The notes beneath the pieces were generated by a model. That model made no database searches and was not told the DNA's origin. It was given only the letters and a program-made list of their open reading frames with translations. From Tubiluchus corallicola (lineage: Eukaryota > Animalia > Priapulida), in contig JAQGDQ010000833.1 of the NCBI GenBank assembly GCA_030141605.1, positions 1 through 64,000 on the forward strand: a stretch of 64,000 bases of DNA. Direction: 5' to 3'. Position 1 is the first letter of the stretch. Each line of letters begins with the position of its first letter. The position numbers and the translations under genes are program-made. Below are positions 13,001-32,027 of the stretch, one piece after another.

Positions 13001-15034
13001 CCGAGAGTAGTCACACACGTGTTTCTGCTCTTGCTTACGTATACCATCACACTGCTACCAACAGGTTTTTTCATGCAGGAATAATTGTGTTTTTCTTTCT
13101 AATTAATTCAATAAAGTTTTTCTTATCAATTATATCATATCTACTGTTTGAATAAACATTTTTGCATTATTATATTTCATTTTAGCAACACTTTACAGTT
13201 CATTTGGTGCTTGAGAACAGATTATTTGTTTTTACATTATTTCTTATGGGAATAAATGATTTTGGCACTCAACCAAGTCGGTTTTCAAACACTTTTTAGA
13301 AACGGATTATGGTCGAAAACAGAGGTATGACTGTACTTTTAATAGGCCAGAAACTGTACTTTTAATAGTGCATATGATAAACGTACTGTGCCTGCTTACA
13401 AAGCTGTACTTAACGTCACTGTTTCTACCTATATTATAGTGCACAAAGTCGATGTAAAGACGACATAAAAAGCAGTAAAACTTTTTTGGGTACACATAAG
13501 TGTGTTATTTTAAGTGCGCAAAGTAAAATATTGAGTCAATTATGCGGACTTATTTGAGTCAACTACCGACAGTTTTTATATACATCTGAACAGGAGCGGC
13601 CCATTTCAGATGTTTTTGAGTCAATTAGGCGACTCATGAGTCTAACCATTAATCATGAGTCTAATAAGCGGTGCCGACCGTATCTTGTTTTGACATTAAG
13701 TTAAGTTAGGTTGTGTGCCCGTTACATGTTAGGCATTATGCAATTATTATTGTTTTGTTATGCTATAATTGGACCTACTATCATGTGGTCAATAAAATTA
13801 ACTAACTATACTTGTATCCTGTGATCACAAATTACAATTGCGAACTTGTTTGTTCAACGTACCAGAACCAGTTTAATCATGAAGTTATTAGGGACACGTC
13901 AAGCACTACTATGTTATCAGATGACAATTACTACTTGTGTTTCATCTTCCGACAGCTTTCAGGGTTCCCACAGAATTTTAAAATAAATAACTTTTCCCTG
14001 ACCAAATATTGATTTTCCACGACCAAGGTGAGCAGAAATTGCATTACCAGTATACATATTCAAACATTTTTGTGTATGCAATTCATACATATACTGATAT
14101 ATATAATGTGTTGGTTAATCATTATTTTTGGAACAGGAATCGAAACTGGGAACCTCAATAACAAAATTTTACTTGAATACGAATCGCCGAAAAATATGTT
14201 TGCAAAAATATTGGTTCACAGTGATTATTTTTGCAACCTTTTCCGTTTTCCTGACTTTTTGCCCCATTTTCATCACTTTTCCCGACTTTTTATCAAATTA
14301 TCTTTTTCCAATTTTTACTTTCCAGGATAGCCAGTATTTTCAAAGATTTTTCAGGATTTTCCCCGACTTTAATGACCCCTAACTTAATAGGGCGAAGCTA
14401 GAATACATTTTGTCATTCTAACTGAGGCTTGCCGCTATGAAACGATATTTGATCTACAGAAACTTTAGTTTCACCCACTTACGTATTATTGTGTAAATTT
14501 TAAACACAGCAATTTTGATTTGGTTCTCCTACAAGAATAAGACATTTCCTGCATGCTACGCTGGTCAGTTATCAGCTGTAAGATTAAGAGTCAAAGATGC
14601 AGGATGATGTAGTATTAAACTTTTCACTAATTTTTTTTAAATTATGATTCCGAATTTCAGTTACTATACATGTGTAATGGAGTGAATTGATCGTAGTGGT
14701 GTTTGTTATTTACACTGCTCTGTGACTGCAGAACCAGGTGCAAATTGGTAGTTTTTTTAGATATATTAATCATTAATTCAATTATTTAATTTTTTTATTT
14801 TATTTTATTTCAATTAACTTAATTGAAAATTTTATGTACGGGTTCAAATCAATGTCATCAAAACTTGCAGAACTAGTTAAGCGAATTACAAGCCAAAATT
14901 CTAATGACGAGTAGCGTAATAATATACTATGTATTATATAACACACTGTATCATTTGCAAGCTCAAACACTTGTGAAACCTCCCATCACATTTCAACTCA
15001 CCGCTTTAAGGGCTGCTAACCGGTCTTTCGTCAT
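10084..15034 (-). CDS. STX1: Syntaxin-1 family t-SNARE, coding exons 1-2 (gene continues toward or beyond the window start)
   Basis: Exon 15034-15002 = MTKDRLAALKA|GTGAGT; exon 10170-10084 = AQSEEDDVGADDVTVNVDASGFMEEFFEQ|GTGAAT after TGCAG acceptor; matches the syntaxin-1 N-peptide and start of Habc; both introns phase 0; exon 3 not located. Confidence 0.92.
10972..11430 (-). mobile_element. LINE (CR1/L2-like) ORF2 3' remnant
   Basis: Translation LQITQNK...KYNAIKIWSSVPHEIK...FKK is typical of a LINE ORF2 C-terminus. Confidence 0.7.
11788..12426 (+). mobile_element. TTAA-flanked MITE (Kolobok-like, family A)
   Basis: TTAA|AG...CT|TTAA ends; inverted relatives at 37088-37680 and 55545-55843. 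Confidence 0.7.
12850..13333 (+). mobile_element. Tc1/mariner (Tigger-like) MITE
   Basis: TA|CAGTAATACCTC...GAGGTATGACTG|TA; second copy at 33774-34262. Confidence 0.85.
13959..14380 (+). mobile_element. MITE with CAGGGTTCCCAC terminus (family D)
   Basis: Homologous to 35617-36069 and, inverted, to 46190-46649. Confidence 0.75.
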
Positions 15035-15184
15035 CGTAATTAACTATAAATAACTAAGGTCCTAATAGAAATAACACTTATTCACAGTTCACCCAAATTT
15101 ATTCATGGAATACTTTTGAAAACTACTTATTATCTAAAATATCAAAAAATCAATAGAAATTTAGCGTTTCCTTCCACCATGGGT

Positions 15185-15400
15185 ACTCCCGGAAAACGCG
15201 CATGCGTATCCTTGCCCGTGACGTAATTTTATAAAAAACTTTGCATTAAATTTTTAGAACAAACAAAAATTAATTTTTAGTTCATCAACTGGTGCTGCAA
15301 ACTAGTCTTATAATCTACACCTGGCTTTCTGCAACGAAAAATATTAAAAATTAATCCGGAAAGTGCCGAATACCTTCCCGCCAGTTGCGCCATCTTAATG
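15185..15400. promoter_or_regulatory. Bidirectional housekeeping-type promoter between syntaxin-1 and NTF2/Ran
   Basis: Local CpG enrichment; GCGCATGCG (NRF1-like, 15198), TGACGTAA (CRE-like, 15219), CCGGAA (ETS-like, 15189 and 15356), TTCCCGCC (E2F-like, 15375), GCGCCATCTT (YY1-like, 15387); lies between divergent genes. Confidence 0.7.
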
Positions 15401-15472
15401 TTCCCGGTGCTTTGGTGGTTGAGCGTTTTTCGTAGTTTAATTTTATCCAAGAAGTTCCAAGTAATCCGTTAA
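15400..15472 (+). other. Putative non-coding first exon of NTF2 and/or Ran
   Basis: Donor AA|GTGAGT at 15473 just downstream of the promoter motifs; acceptor TTTTGTTTCCCAG at 16047; TSS position is approximate. Confidence 0.55.
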
Positions 15473-16154
15473 GTGAGTATTGCTCTGTTAGTCTGATTTT
15501 GCAAATGGTTAAACAGTGATCGTCTGTCACGCAGTTTTGTTTAAGTTTATCAGGTGATGTAATTATCTGCCTCAACGGAAGGTTTAGTGTCATATTTTTG
15601 TTTGTCATTTTTGAAAAACCGGTTCGATTCAGTGTGTTCGAGATTTTTCTATGTTGCGTTTATTGTGAAACGTTTTGCTTAAACGTGCTTCTGTTGATAA
15701 TTAAGAGGCCGAATTTAATTGGAGTGTAGCCTTGGTATTAATTATATTTTATTTGGCTATTTAAACGTTAATTTCTTTCCAATTTAACGGAAAAAAGGCT
15801 AAAATGCTTGACATGTAGCTTCGACTACTGATAAAACGATCACAACGACATGGTTAATGCTTTTGTTTTTCAGAACGTTTCTATGTTTTAGGTGTATTAT
15901 ACCAGTGTTATCAACTAATACTTGCCTAGTAAAATTGTACAATAGCTGGTAGGCTTATATCATCCTGACTTGTGTTGTTTGGTGATTAATGTTTACTTGT
16001 TGTCATCTTGAGGACTGACAGAAAACAGATAACATTTTGTTTCCCAGGTGAAACGTGGGACGTGGTATCATCTAGCTGTAGAGGCCGAACGGCAGCCTCG
16101 GCGGGAACCTACGCCTCCAATCTTCTTGTACTTTGATAGGTACAACAAGCTGCA

Positions 16155-16544
16155 ATGAATCCAGATTTCGCCAAGATCGGCAATTTATTTGTGCAGCAGT
16201 TTTATAATCTATTTGACAATCCAGGGACCAGATCGCAGCTCGCTAGCTTCTACACACCAGATTCTATGCTGACATTTGAGGGAACTCAGCTACAGGGAGG
16301 AACCGCTATTGTAGAGAAGATAGTTAGCTTGCCATTTCAACAAATCAAACACGTTATAACAACAATAGATTGCCAGCCGACTTACGACGGCGGTGTACAG
16401 GTGCTAGTTATTGGTCAGTTGAAGACCGATCAGGACCATCCACACAGCTTTTCTCAAGTATTTTTTCTGCGGCCAGGCCAAAACAACAGCTTTTTCGTAG
16501 CCAACGAATTCTTCAGGCTAAGTCTGCATAACATTGCAGCCTAA
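16155..16544 (+). CDS. NUTF2: Nuclear transport factor 2 (RanGDP import factor), intronless CDS, 129 aa
   Basis: MNPDFAKIGNLFVQQFYNLFD...SMLTFEG...IVEKIVSLPFQ...TIDCQPT...GQLKTD...NEFFRLSLHN is full-length NTF2 with an intact ORF. Confidence 0.97.
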   Translation: MNPDFAKIGNLFVQQFYNLFDNPGTRSQLASFYTPDSMLTFEGTQLQGGTAIVEKIVSLPFQQIKHVITTIDCQPTYDGGVQVLVIGQLKTDQDHPHSFSQVFFLRPGQNNSFFVANEFFRLSLHNIAA

Positions 16545-16748
16545 ATCAACAACCTAGACTGAGCGATATCTCTAACTATCTTTTTGTATAACCCTTTGAT
16601 AGTAACTTTTTATAGTGATTTCGGGTGAATATAAAGTACTTTAGTGATTATTGTGTTTGCAAGCATTTCAAGTGAACTGATTCTCAAGAAATTTATTTTC
16701 AGGTGTGTAGAGAGCTCAAAATACATTATGCATTTAAAATTGACAGTA

Positions 16749-17416
16749 CATTCATATCTCGGTTTGCTGGACAAAAGTGGAGAGACGTCGGTCCGAATTT
16801 GCCGATTGTCCGTATTTACCGATACTAGGCTAATACAGTAGGCGCCGTGTAAAAACTTACGGTAATGTAGAATCAATCGCCTAATTGTCTCAAAAACGTC
16901 TAGTACGCCTCCTGTACAAAAGTATATGAAAACTGCCAGCAATTGACTCAGACAACTCCGCGTAATTGAGTCTTACACACGCTGATTACTGATTAATTTG
17001 CAACGTGTGTGCTAAGAATGCTCTGATTATTTTTTCAAACTTCACGCAGTGTTAGCTAAACTTGTTTCAAATGACCTACCATTAAAATGGTTGCGCCTAA
17101 CGGTCATTGCGGGAGTTTAAATTTACAAGTGTTATGCAACATTACTGCCGTCCTGCATGCAAAATGGCAGTATGTAAGTGGTACAAAATTGCAAGACGAA
17201 TTTTTTAAGCTTTTTACATAACTGGGGGGTTTTCTTGTGCTTTACATACGCTGACATACACGCTACTTGGATGTAAGCGAAGTGACGGCCCGCCAACTAG
17301 TGGTTAGCTCGCGAAACAACGGACTGTGTCCGTAGTGTGCGGAGCTTTTTAACGGACCAAATTTTGTCCTTCCTGTATCCGTAAAAGCGAGGTCCGGCAA
17401 AACCGAGGTATGAGTG
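16749..17416 (+). mobile_element. Tc1/mariner-type MITE with a nested family B fragment
   Basis: TA|CATTCATATCTCGGTTTGCTGGAC...GTCCGGCAAAACCGAGGTATGAGTG|TA; shorter copy at 31409-31769. Confidence 0.8.
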
Positions 17417-17934
17417 TATTGTCATCTGCTTGTATATGTGAAATTTTGCATTGACAAAGAGCTTATGATATACCAATATTTCAATTAGCATCATTCGGTT
17501 TGTGATAGAAATTAGTCTTGCAGCTGCCTACAATGCCTTCGTTACTGCAAATGATTGCCAGCTTCATGCATTTCCATTTCTATAATTTTTTTAAAAAATA
17601 TCAATATAAATACTTAAACATGTAGACACACAAGTAACCCTTATTAGTAGCTCTGCTATGTAAACGTTTGTTGAATGTTCTCAATTGGCTATACTATAGA
17701 TTAGTTTATGTATAAGTATTTTATTTTTGATCACACGTGTATGTGTTACCTTGTTTGCAAGAGTTCTAGTAAAGAGGAAAACATGAGAGCCTCACAATCG
17801 TGAACTATCCGGTAGGTAAGTGAAACGATGTCGTGTCAATCGCACTGGTCTATCTCATTAGATAGGTGATTGTTTATGTCATGCTAATTTGTTTTCTTTG
17901 CAGCTCAACAAACAAGACAGGTAAACAAAACAGC

Positions 17935-24406
<6,472 letters not shown>

Positions 24407-25132
24407 AGTGTTGCCGAGTGGTGCGAGTGAGACAATTAAACCGTGCGTGACTTTGTAATGAATGCGGGAATGCTGAGGGTTTAATATGTAAGCTATTGTA
24501 AAGTGTATTTATACGTCATAAACAAGTTTTTGTGTTATTGCCATACTTAATAGCCACTGTGAACTTTTGACATCTGCCTTTCAGCAGGTAATTATTGTAT
24601 GGAAAAGTTTCAGTTTAGTAGAAACTTGTGCTCACTTTCTGAAAGTTAATAAATTTCTATTGAGTATGTGTACCGTTTGAGTAAATTCAGGCTTTTCTCC
24701 TGACATGAAATAATTATGAAGAATTGTGCTTCTGAACTGCTATACATATTAAACGTGATGCTTTCTGGCCAGTTTAGACATTCAAATCTATGCTTAAGGA
24801 CTAATTGATTCGTTTTGATTTTTTAACTTTTAATTAAAACTGTTATAGCTTTAGCCCTGCTGTTGTGTTGGTAATTGTTAAGGGGAAACCTATGACTACT
24901 TGCTTGCCGAGGTGTAAGAAAGTTTAATGAAGTACGATGCAGCATCGTGTCGTGTCATCTGAATTGGTTTTACACGTACATTGAGTTACGCTTTAATGCA
25001 GTAAGACTGGCTGTATGAAAGTAAAAGTGATGTAATCCTGTGTGTAGACTACTGAGCAGCTTTCTGTTTTGCATAGCATTTTGGTTTTTCCATGCTGACG
25101 TAGTGAAATTTCAGAAATGTTTTACAGAGCAG

Positions 25133-25517
25133 TAGAGGTGAGCATCGAACGTTCGAGTTCAAACTCAATTCGAACGAGTCTTTTAGTTTTCGAACGAATT
25201 TTTTAATTCTAGGTTGATTCAAACCTAAAATTATAGATTCGAATAATTCGGGACTTCAGCCACATACGTTCTTTATTATTAAAATGTTTGAAACACCGTG
25301 TATTTAGCACAATTTAGCTCCAGTTTCTGCCCAAAATTTTCAACAAGCTAATAGTGGTTTTTCTGCAGAACAAAATCAAGTACTATGCTTGATCTTTGTA
25401 AGACCACTTTTTACTAGTAGTTCGAAAACTTTTTCGAAAATCTTTCAAACTCAATTTGACTTTGAAATACTGAAATTCGATTCGAATTCGCTTTCTGGTA
25501 GAAAATGCTCACCCCTG
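25133..25517 (+). mobile_element. hAT-type MITE (TTCGAA-rich family)
   Basis: TAGAGGTGAGCATCGAACGTTCG...TGCTCACCCCTG; same family as 6654-7032. Confidence 0.85.
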
Positions 25518-27579
25518 GTGATCACCCTTAGTTTGTTCTACACTTGTATTAGCTTCGTGGCCATTTATTGTTAATTTTCTGACACTTTTTACTTCGTAAG
25601 CAAAATTTTGGGCTGCCTTTTGGAATTATTGTAGAAATTGTGCTGTGCAACTGAATGTGAAACTTTCGCAATGAAACCGGCACATGCTGTGTAGTGATGT
25701 AGTGCATCTAATTTTCTCACACTAACAAACAAATTAGTATTCGACTCGTACATTTCATTTGATTTTAAACGGGAATTGTCGAACTCTACCGTGAGTAATG
25801 TTTGTCTAAGGTTTTCTTTTTGAATCCACGAAAACTACTTCTGTTTTTGTAATGCCATTCCATACATTTATAACACCCCTGCTACACCCATTACCGACTG
25901 TGCATTTACTACGGCTGTTCAGTTCTACCCGAAGTCAAAGTTAATTTCAATGAGAATGTTTGGCGTTCATTGTTTTTGAGTGTACTTGCTGCTGTGTCTT
26001 GATACATTTGAAACACCAGTAAAACTCCTGAATATGATTATTGAACTGTAAGTAGACTACATGTAACTTCTATTTGGAAATATTTTTGTTAACTGCATTA
26101 CAGTTTCCGTTACAGTCAGTGTCTGTAACAACTGATGTGTAATGCACGTATTCGTAAATTCACTCAATCTGTCACACCCTGAATATTGCTGATATATCTG
26201 TGCTACATTGAGCTGCACCTGTGGATAAGACTGGTCACCCGATCACTTGTCTTTTGTCTGAAAGGCCGTCTTTCGTTGGGATACTTTATTGTAATTGTTC
26301 AGCCATTATCATTCGCTCATTTTTGGAGGCTGAGGAACAAAAAAGCTTCTTGCAAACATAAATATTCGTGTAGGAAATGGCTGTAATGTTGGTTTAAGCG
26401 GTCCAGCGACAGTCAGGGGTTATTGGAAAAGGGTCTTTGTTGATGATACGTGTATTGGAAACTTGAGACTGTCTTGTCACATCACAGGTACAGCTCAAAA
26501 ATGCCATTCTAGAAACTTAGTTTGTAGTGAAGTTATGACGACTAATGTGAACGATAAAAATAAATGATGTTTTCAAGTTTGTGATATAAATTCTTTGTTG
26601 ATGTTTGGTTGTAGTTTTGTTGCCTTATACTGTCACTGTTTGGTGACTGGATAATAGGCTTGTAACGATACATCGATGCATTTTGATATCTTTTGTAATG
26701 ATACATGTATCGTCAAAGTGAACCAGTATCGCGATAATCTGAGTCATTGATATTTAGCACAAGCTTGTCCACCCACTGATAAAAACTGTGAGAAATAATT
26801 CAAGCTATGGTGTAGAATGTACTGTAGTTTAACTCCACAGAGTGAAAACAACAAAGTTTAACTCTGTGGTCATAATCAGTGCAGTGAGCACAAGGAGAGG
26901 AGCAGAGGAGAGACTTGTCCTTGACAGAGACACCTGCTGCTAGCAGCCAGCCAAAGGGAAGCCATTGAAAACACAATGTGCTTATATGTTGTCGCAAATT
27001 ATATTTTTGCTTGTAAGTTCCTAAAATGGCTTGCAGCAAATGGGAACTTATAAAACTCACCAGCATATTTAAAATCAAAAAGTTTTGAAATGTTTTGCAT
27101 TTCTGGTGGCTCACAATGCAAATAATACAAGAGTATAAACAGAAATCAAACAGTTTGCTGAATTATTTTTTCACTTGGGATTCTTAAGATAATTTGATAA
27201 ATCTAGTGTGCGTGCCTGTGCGTGTGTGTGTGTGTGTCTGGTCTGTATATATAATATATTAAGCAACAACTTTATCTAGTTTTCTTATTAAAACCTGCTA
27301 ACGTTAACTCAATGTGTATTGTGACTTAATACGCAAGTCAGATGAATATGTTTATTTATTAACGATCAAACAACATTCATGAACATTCTATCTCTGAAGC
27401 CAAAATTTGTGGCAGGACTTACTGCTGTTTTTATTTATTACATTTCTGCTAAAATTATTACACACTGATGTTTCCTGGAAAAACAACAACAACAAATTTT
27501 CACCAACAATTCTATTCCGAAAATCCTTTGTGCATTTTTATCCCGGAATCAAATCACTTTAATGAATAATGCATGTACT

Positions 27580-28200
27580 TTAATGAACGAATGAATAATG
27601 CATGCACTTTAATGAACGAATAATTTACACCGTACAATCTGAATAAAACTCGTTGATCACTGACTAATACACAAAGTTTGACAACAAGGAGACAGTTATC
27701 AATGCTGTCACAACTGACTGATGCATGTACTTTAATGAACGAATAATTTACATTATACAATCTGAATAAAAATCGTTGATCACTTACTAATACAGAAAGT
27801 TTGACAACAAGGAGACAGTTATCAATGCTGTTACAACTGACTGATTCATGTACTTTAATGAACGAATAATTTACATTATACAATCTGAATAAAACTCGTT
27901 GATCACTGACTAATACACAAAGTTTGACAACAAGGAGACAGTTATCAATGCTGTTACAACTGACTGATTCATGTACTTTAATGAACGAATAATTTACATT
28001 ATACAATCTGAATAAAACTCGTTGATCACTGACTAATACACAAAGTTTGCCAACAAGGAGACAGTTATCAATGCTGTTACAACTGACTGATTCATGTACT
28101 TTAATGAACGAATAATTTACACTGTACAATCTGAATAAAATTCGTTGATCACTGACTAATACAGAAAGTTTGACAACAAGGAGACAGTCATCAATGCTGT
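27580..28200. repeat. 123-bp tandem repeat (~5 copies)
   Basis: CATG(T/C)ACTTTAATGAACG at 27601, 27724, 27847 and onward. Confidence 0.95.
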
Positions 28201-28333
28201 TAAACGCAATCATTCAGTTGCTCTTATTTACATATTCAGAACTGAAATAGTACTTTTGCATTTTGATGAAATATAATTTTGTTGAACTGCATAACACATT
28301 AATTTAATCTAGCTTTTCATCTAACAAACATTA

Positions 28334-30246
28334 CTGTTAACCTCGGATATAACAGACATCTCCGGACCAAAAAAAATCGTCCCTAATATCCGATATACCT
28401 TATAACTGAAATAGAGCGAAATCTAAGCTGCGTTTACGCTTCCTCTATCTATTCCCCTGCTTCAGTAGCCATTTCAGACCGTTTCTCGGAACATTTGGTA
28501 CATACTGAACCAACTCTGTCAAATATTTACCTACGAACTGAACTTCAAAATAAATGCTTATTAAAAAAACTAATGTATGAATACTGACTACGTGTAATAT
28601 GTGTTTGCATGGCTATTATGGACACAATATGCATAGTCTTTGTGTCGGTTTATATATGTACAGTCTAACCTCGTTATCTCGCCACTGTCCGTCTAGGGCA
28701 AATTTTTGGTGAGTATGGCGAGATAACGGGAATATAACGAAGTTAGTCTATATGTATATACATACTGTACATAATAGTTGATTAACATAGTGTTCCTCTA
28801 TGTACATATAAAATATATTTCGCATTATGATACCAATCAACATTAAATCAGAAATGAAAAAAATGTCATAAAAATAATCTTAGAATGTTACTTTTTTATT
28901 TTAAAAACATTTTTTGAGTATACTGCAATAAACTTAGCAAAAGATTTAGAAATGTTCACAAATGAGTTACTGACGACTGAAATAATTCAGAAGAGACGAC
29001 TGTTTCATTGATGATACACGCAAGCAGTCAACATGACATTTAATCAAACACAATCCTTGAATATCGTCGTGTGTGGCTCATGTAAAGTTGCTCACACTTT
29101 GTGGAAACTCAAACTTAAACGCAGCTTTGGTGTTACAGAGTAAGGATATCGGTGACGCTTTAGTTTCTCTGCGCATTAACCAACCACAGCACTCCTAATC
29201 TAATCCTGGTGAGACACACACTAGATTAATTATGTCTGTCTATCGAGTACAGCAGCATTGTCTACATACCGCGGTTATATTGATCGACACGCGGTATATG
29301 TATTGATCGATTCACCTCTGAGTTTGTCTGTTTGGCGACATAACGAATATAGTTTACATAAGCACTCATCCTAGCATGACGTGGCGAGGGCGAGAAGCGA
29401 GGGTGGCGACTTAACGAGGTAAATATCAAAGCAGGAAATCCGTCCTGGTACTTTCTATGGCGAGAGACGAGTTTGGCGGCATAACAAGGGGCGAGATAAT
29501 GAGGTTAGACTGTACATAATTTTCCCATTCTTCACTTGCTAGCAAAACAAAAACATGCTAGAAATTATGCAGAGCTCCTGCAATAAGGAAAACTGCTGTT
29601 GTTCTACAGCAGTACTATGCCAAGGCCACTATTCATAGCGGCAATCCCGGAAGATTTCGCTATTTCTGGAAATTTCACAGAAAATTGCCGAAGATGTTTA
29701 CCAGCAAACAATTTAGTTCCTCGGTAAATGACCACTGCAGATGGCGCTATTCAAGTTTAAGGACGAAAAAACTATTTGGCCATCGAGTTCCTTATATGCA
29801 ATGAAATTTACTTGATTCGGATTGTATGGGACCTAAAAATGTCATCTCTTATTTCCGAGTATAGAGAGCAACACAAGTTGTCCAATTTGTACTTCAATAA
29901 TATTCCATTTGACAATCTTTTGGATACTGACTCTCTAGTATACTCTTAAACGGTAGTACCCATCTAAACGATGACCAAAATATAGTCATATTTGATACTG
30001 TTCACACATATATAAAAATGCTCGTCATTTTGCTTATTAGTGTGGTACATTATATGCCTTTGCATATCAGTACACAGCACTGTACTAATGTATGTTATTT
30101 CATTGTATATTAATCCATTTCTATGTATATCACCTTCAATAGTTACACCATCTGCATAACAGTTCTTCTTCCTGGGGCCTTGCAAAAAGTCGGGACCAGC
30201 TATGGCGGTCCATTCTAAGTGAGTAATTTATATCCGAGGTTAACTG
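28334..30246. mobile_element. Tigger-like element containing a nested MITE (28661-29512)
   Basis: Outer TIR C(T/A)GTTAACCTCGGATATAA; inner TA|CAGTCTAACCTCGTTATCTCGCC...GGCGAGATAATGAGGTTAGACTG|TA. Confidence 0.75.
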
Positions 30247-31408
30247 TTTTGTGTCTGAATCAAATAGGTAACCAAACTTGAAGAAAACAGTGACAATTTG
30301 TTCACTAATCAAACAAGTTTATATCCTTCCACTGTTGCATTTACACCTTTTTCTGAAAAATTCATAATCATAACCAGAATTGAAAATCGAGAAAAAATGC
30401 AAACAAGGAACAGAATTTTCTAGTCACCTGACACGTCAATTAGATTTTTGTTGCACGAATTCAAAATTAACCTAAAATAAAAACCACAGCAATTCATAAC
30501 TCAAAATGTCACTTAGAGAAGTGACTTCACTGGTTACACCACTAAAATTACAAAAATGCACGATTTGGCACCTGATCATCCTTACATGTACCGGATGTCA
30601 CAAAAAACGTTCCCCATTTCAAATGCTAAAAAAGCGACTTTGCTTAAACAAAAGGAATTTGTTTCTATGACCTAGGTCTGTATAAATTACTGCCTGCTGT
30701 ACTTTTACCACTACGTTTTGTTACCAAATTGATAACACAACCTTTACTTATCTCAACAATCAAGGTTTCTTCAATAATGGAACATTAACTGAGAATCGGA
30801 ACGGTAATCAAAATAAATTTCATTAACTAAAAAGAAATGCAAAAATTTGCACTCATTCTTGTTAATTAAATAATTACCGCTTTGGGTATTACTCGATCAC
30901 CTTGTTTCTTAGTTTTTCAAATGATAATATGGTACTGTGTAACAGGTGCTTACATGCAAATTACAACAGAATACAGTAGTCGGGTAGTCAGCCACTTACG
31001 ACCACAATCGGTTCTGGCAGATTGGAAGTAAAACGAATTGGACGAAGTCGCTTGTATTCAAGCGGTGTACTCTTACACGGAAGACGTTGCGTGTGTGCGG
31101 ATGAATTTATCTAAATGTAAACGTGTTGTATAACTAATTAAGTTGTGTTTGGGTCTTTATGTCGAACAGTCGTGAATCATCATATGAATGTTGATTCATC
31201 GTGCAGAAGTTAGTATACACCACAATATTTGCAAAGGTCATACTCCCCTTCTAACTACTCAAACGCGGAATACATGTAGTAGAATAAATTCTATTTAAAA
31301 TAACGGTACACCTATCAGTTTTCAACCAGATGCGTGCATGTGAAGACAAATACGGTGCAATGAATGAGGTTAAAAACTGAAAACATGCAAGTTTGTCAGT
31401 TTTACATG

Positions 31409-31769
31409 CACTCATACCTCGGTTTGTCGGACAAAAGCAGGGAGTCGTCGGTCCGAATTTGCCGATTGTCCGTATTTACCAATACTAAACTAATACAGTA
31501 GCCGCCGTATATTAGACTCATGGCAATGTAGAATCAAGTGTCTCAAAAATGTCTAGTATGGGCCGCTCCACAAGCTCACACACGTGTCGTTACGTGCTGC
31601 TTGGTTGAACTGATGTAATGATATAAACAAACTGAGGGCTCGTCAGCTAGTGGGTCAGCTTGCGAACCAACGGACCGTGTCTCTAGTATGCGGGACTTTT
31701 AACAGTCCGGCTTTTGTCCGATTTTTCGATGTCCGTAAAAGCGAGGTCCGGCAAACCGAGATATGAGTG
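31409..31769 (+). mobile_element. Tc1/mariner-type MITE
   Basis: TIRs CACTCATACCTCGGTTTGTCGGAC / GTCCGGCAAACCGAGATATGAGTG. Confidence 0.8.
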
Positions 31770-32027
31770 TAATATAAAAAGATTAGTCAGTAGCGTTCTA
31801 CAATAACGAAGCTTAACAACACAACAACAGCATTTTTAGGATGAATCATAAAGACATACTGTATGGTTTGACAAAAAGAGAAAAATTAGCAACAGAAATA
31901 GGGAACACAAAAAAATGACTCACTGGGACACCTATCACACATTTTGCCGGCACACTCATTACATTGATAACACACAATAATTTACACAGAGGCACTTTTG
32001 TATGCAGTTCTAAGAAACAACTGAAGT

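Noticed and set aside
27554-28213. 219-aa repetitive ORF
   Set aside because: Artefact of a 123-bp tandem repeat; no recognisable domain or splice context.
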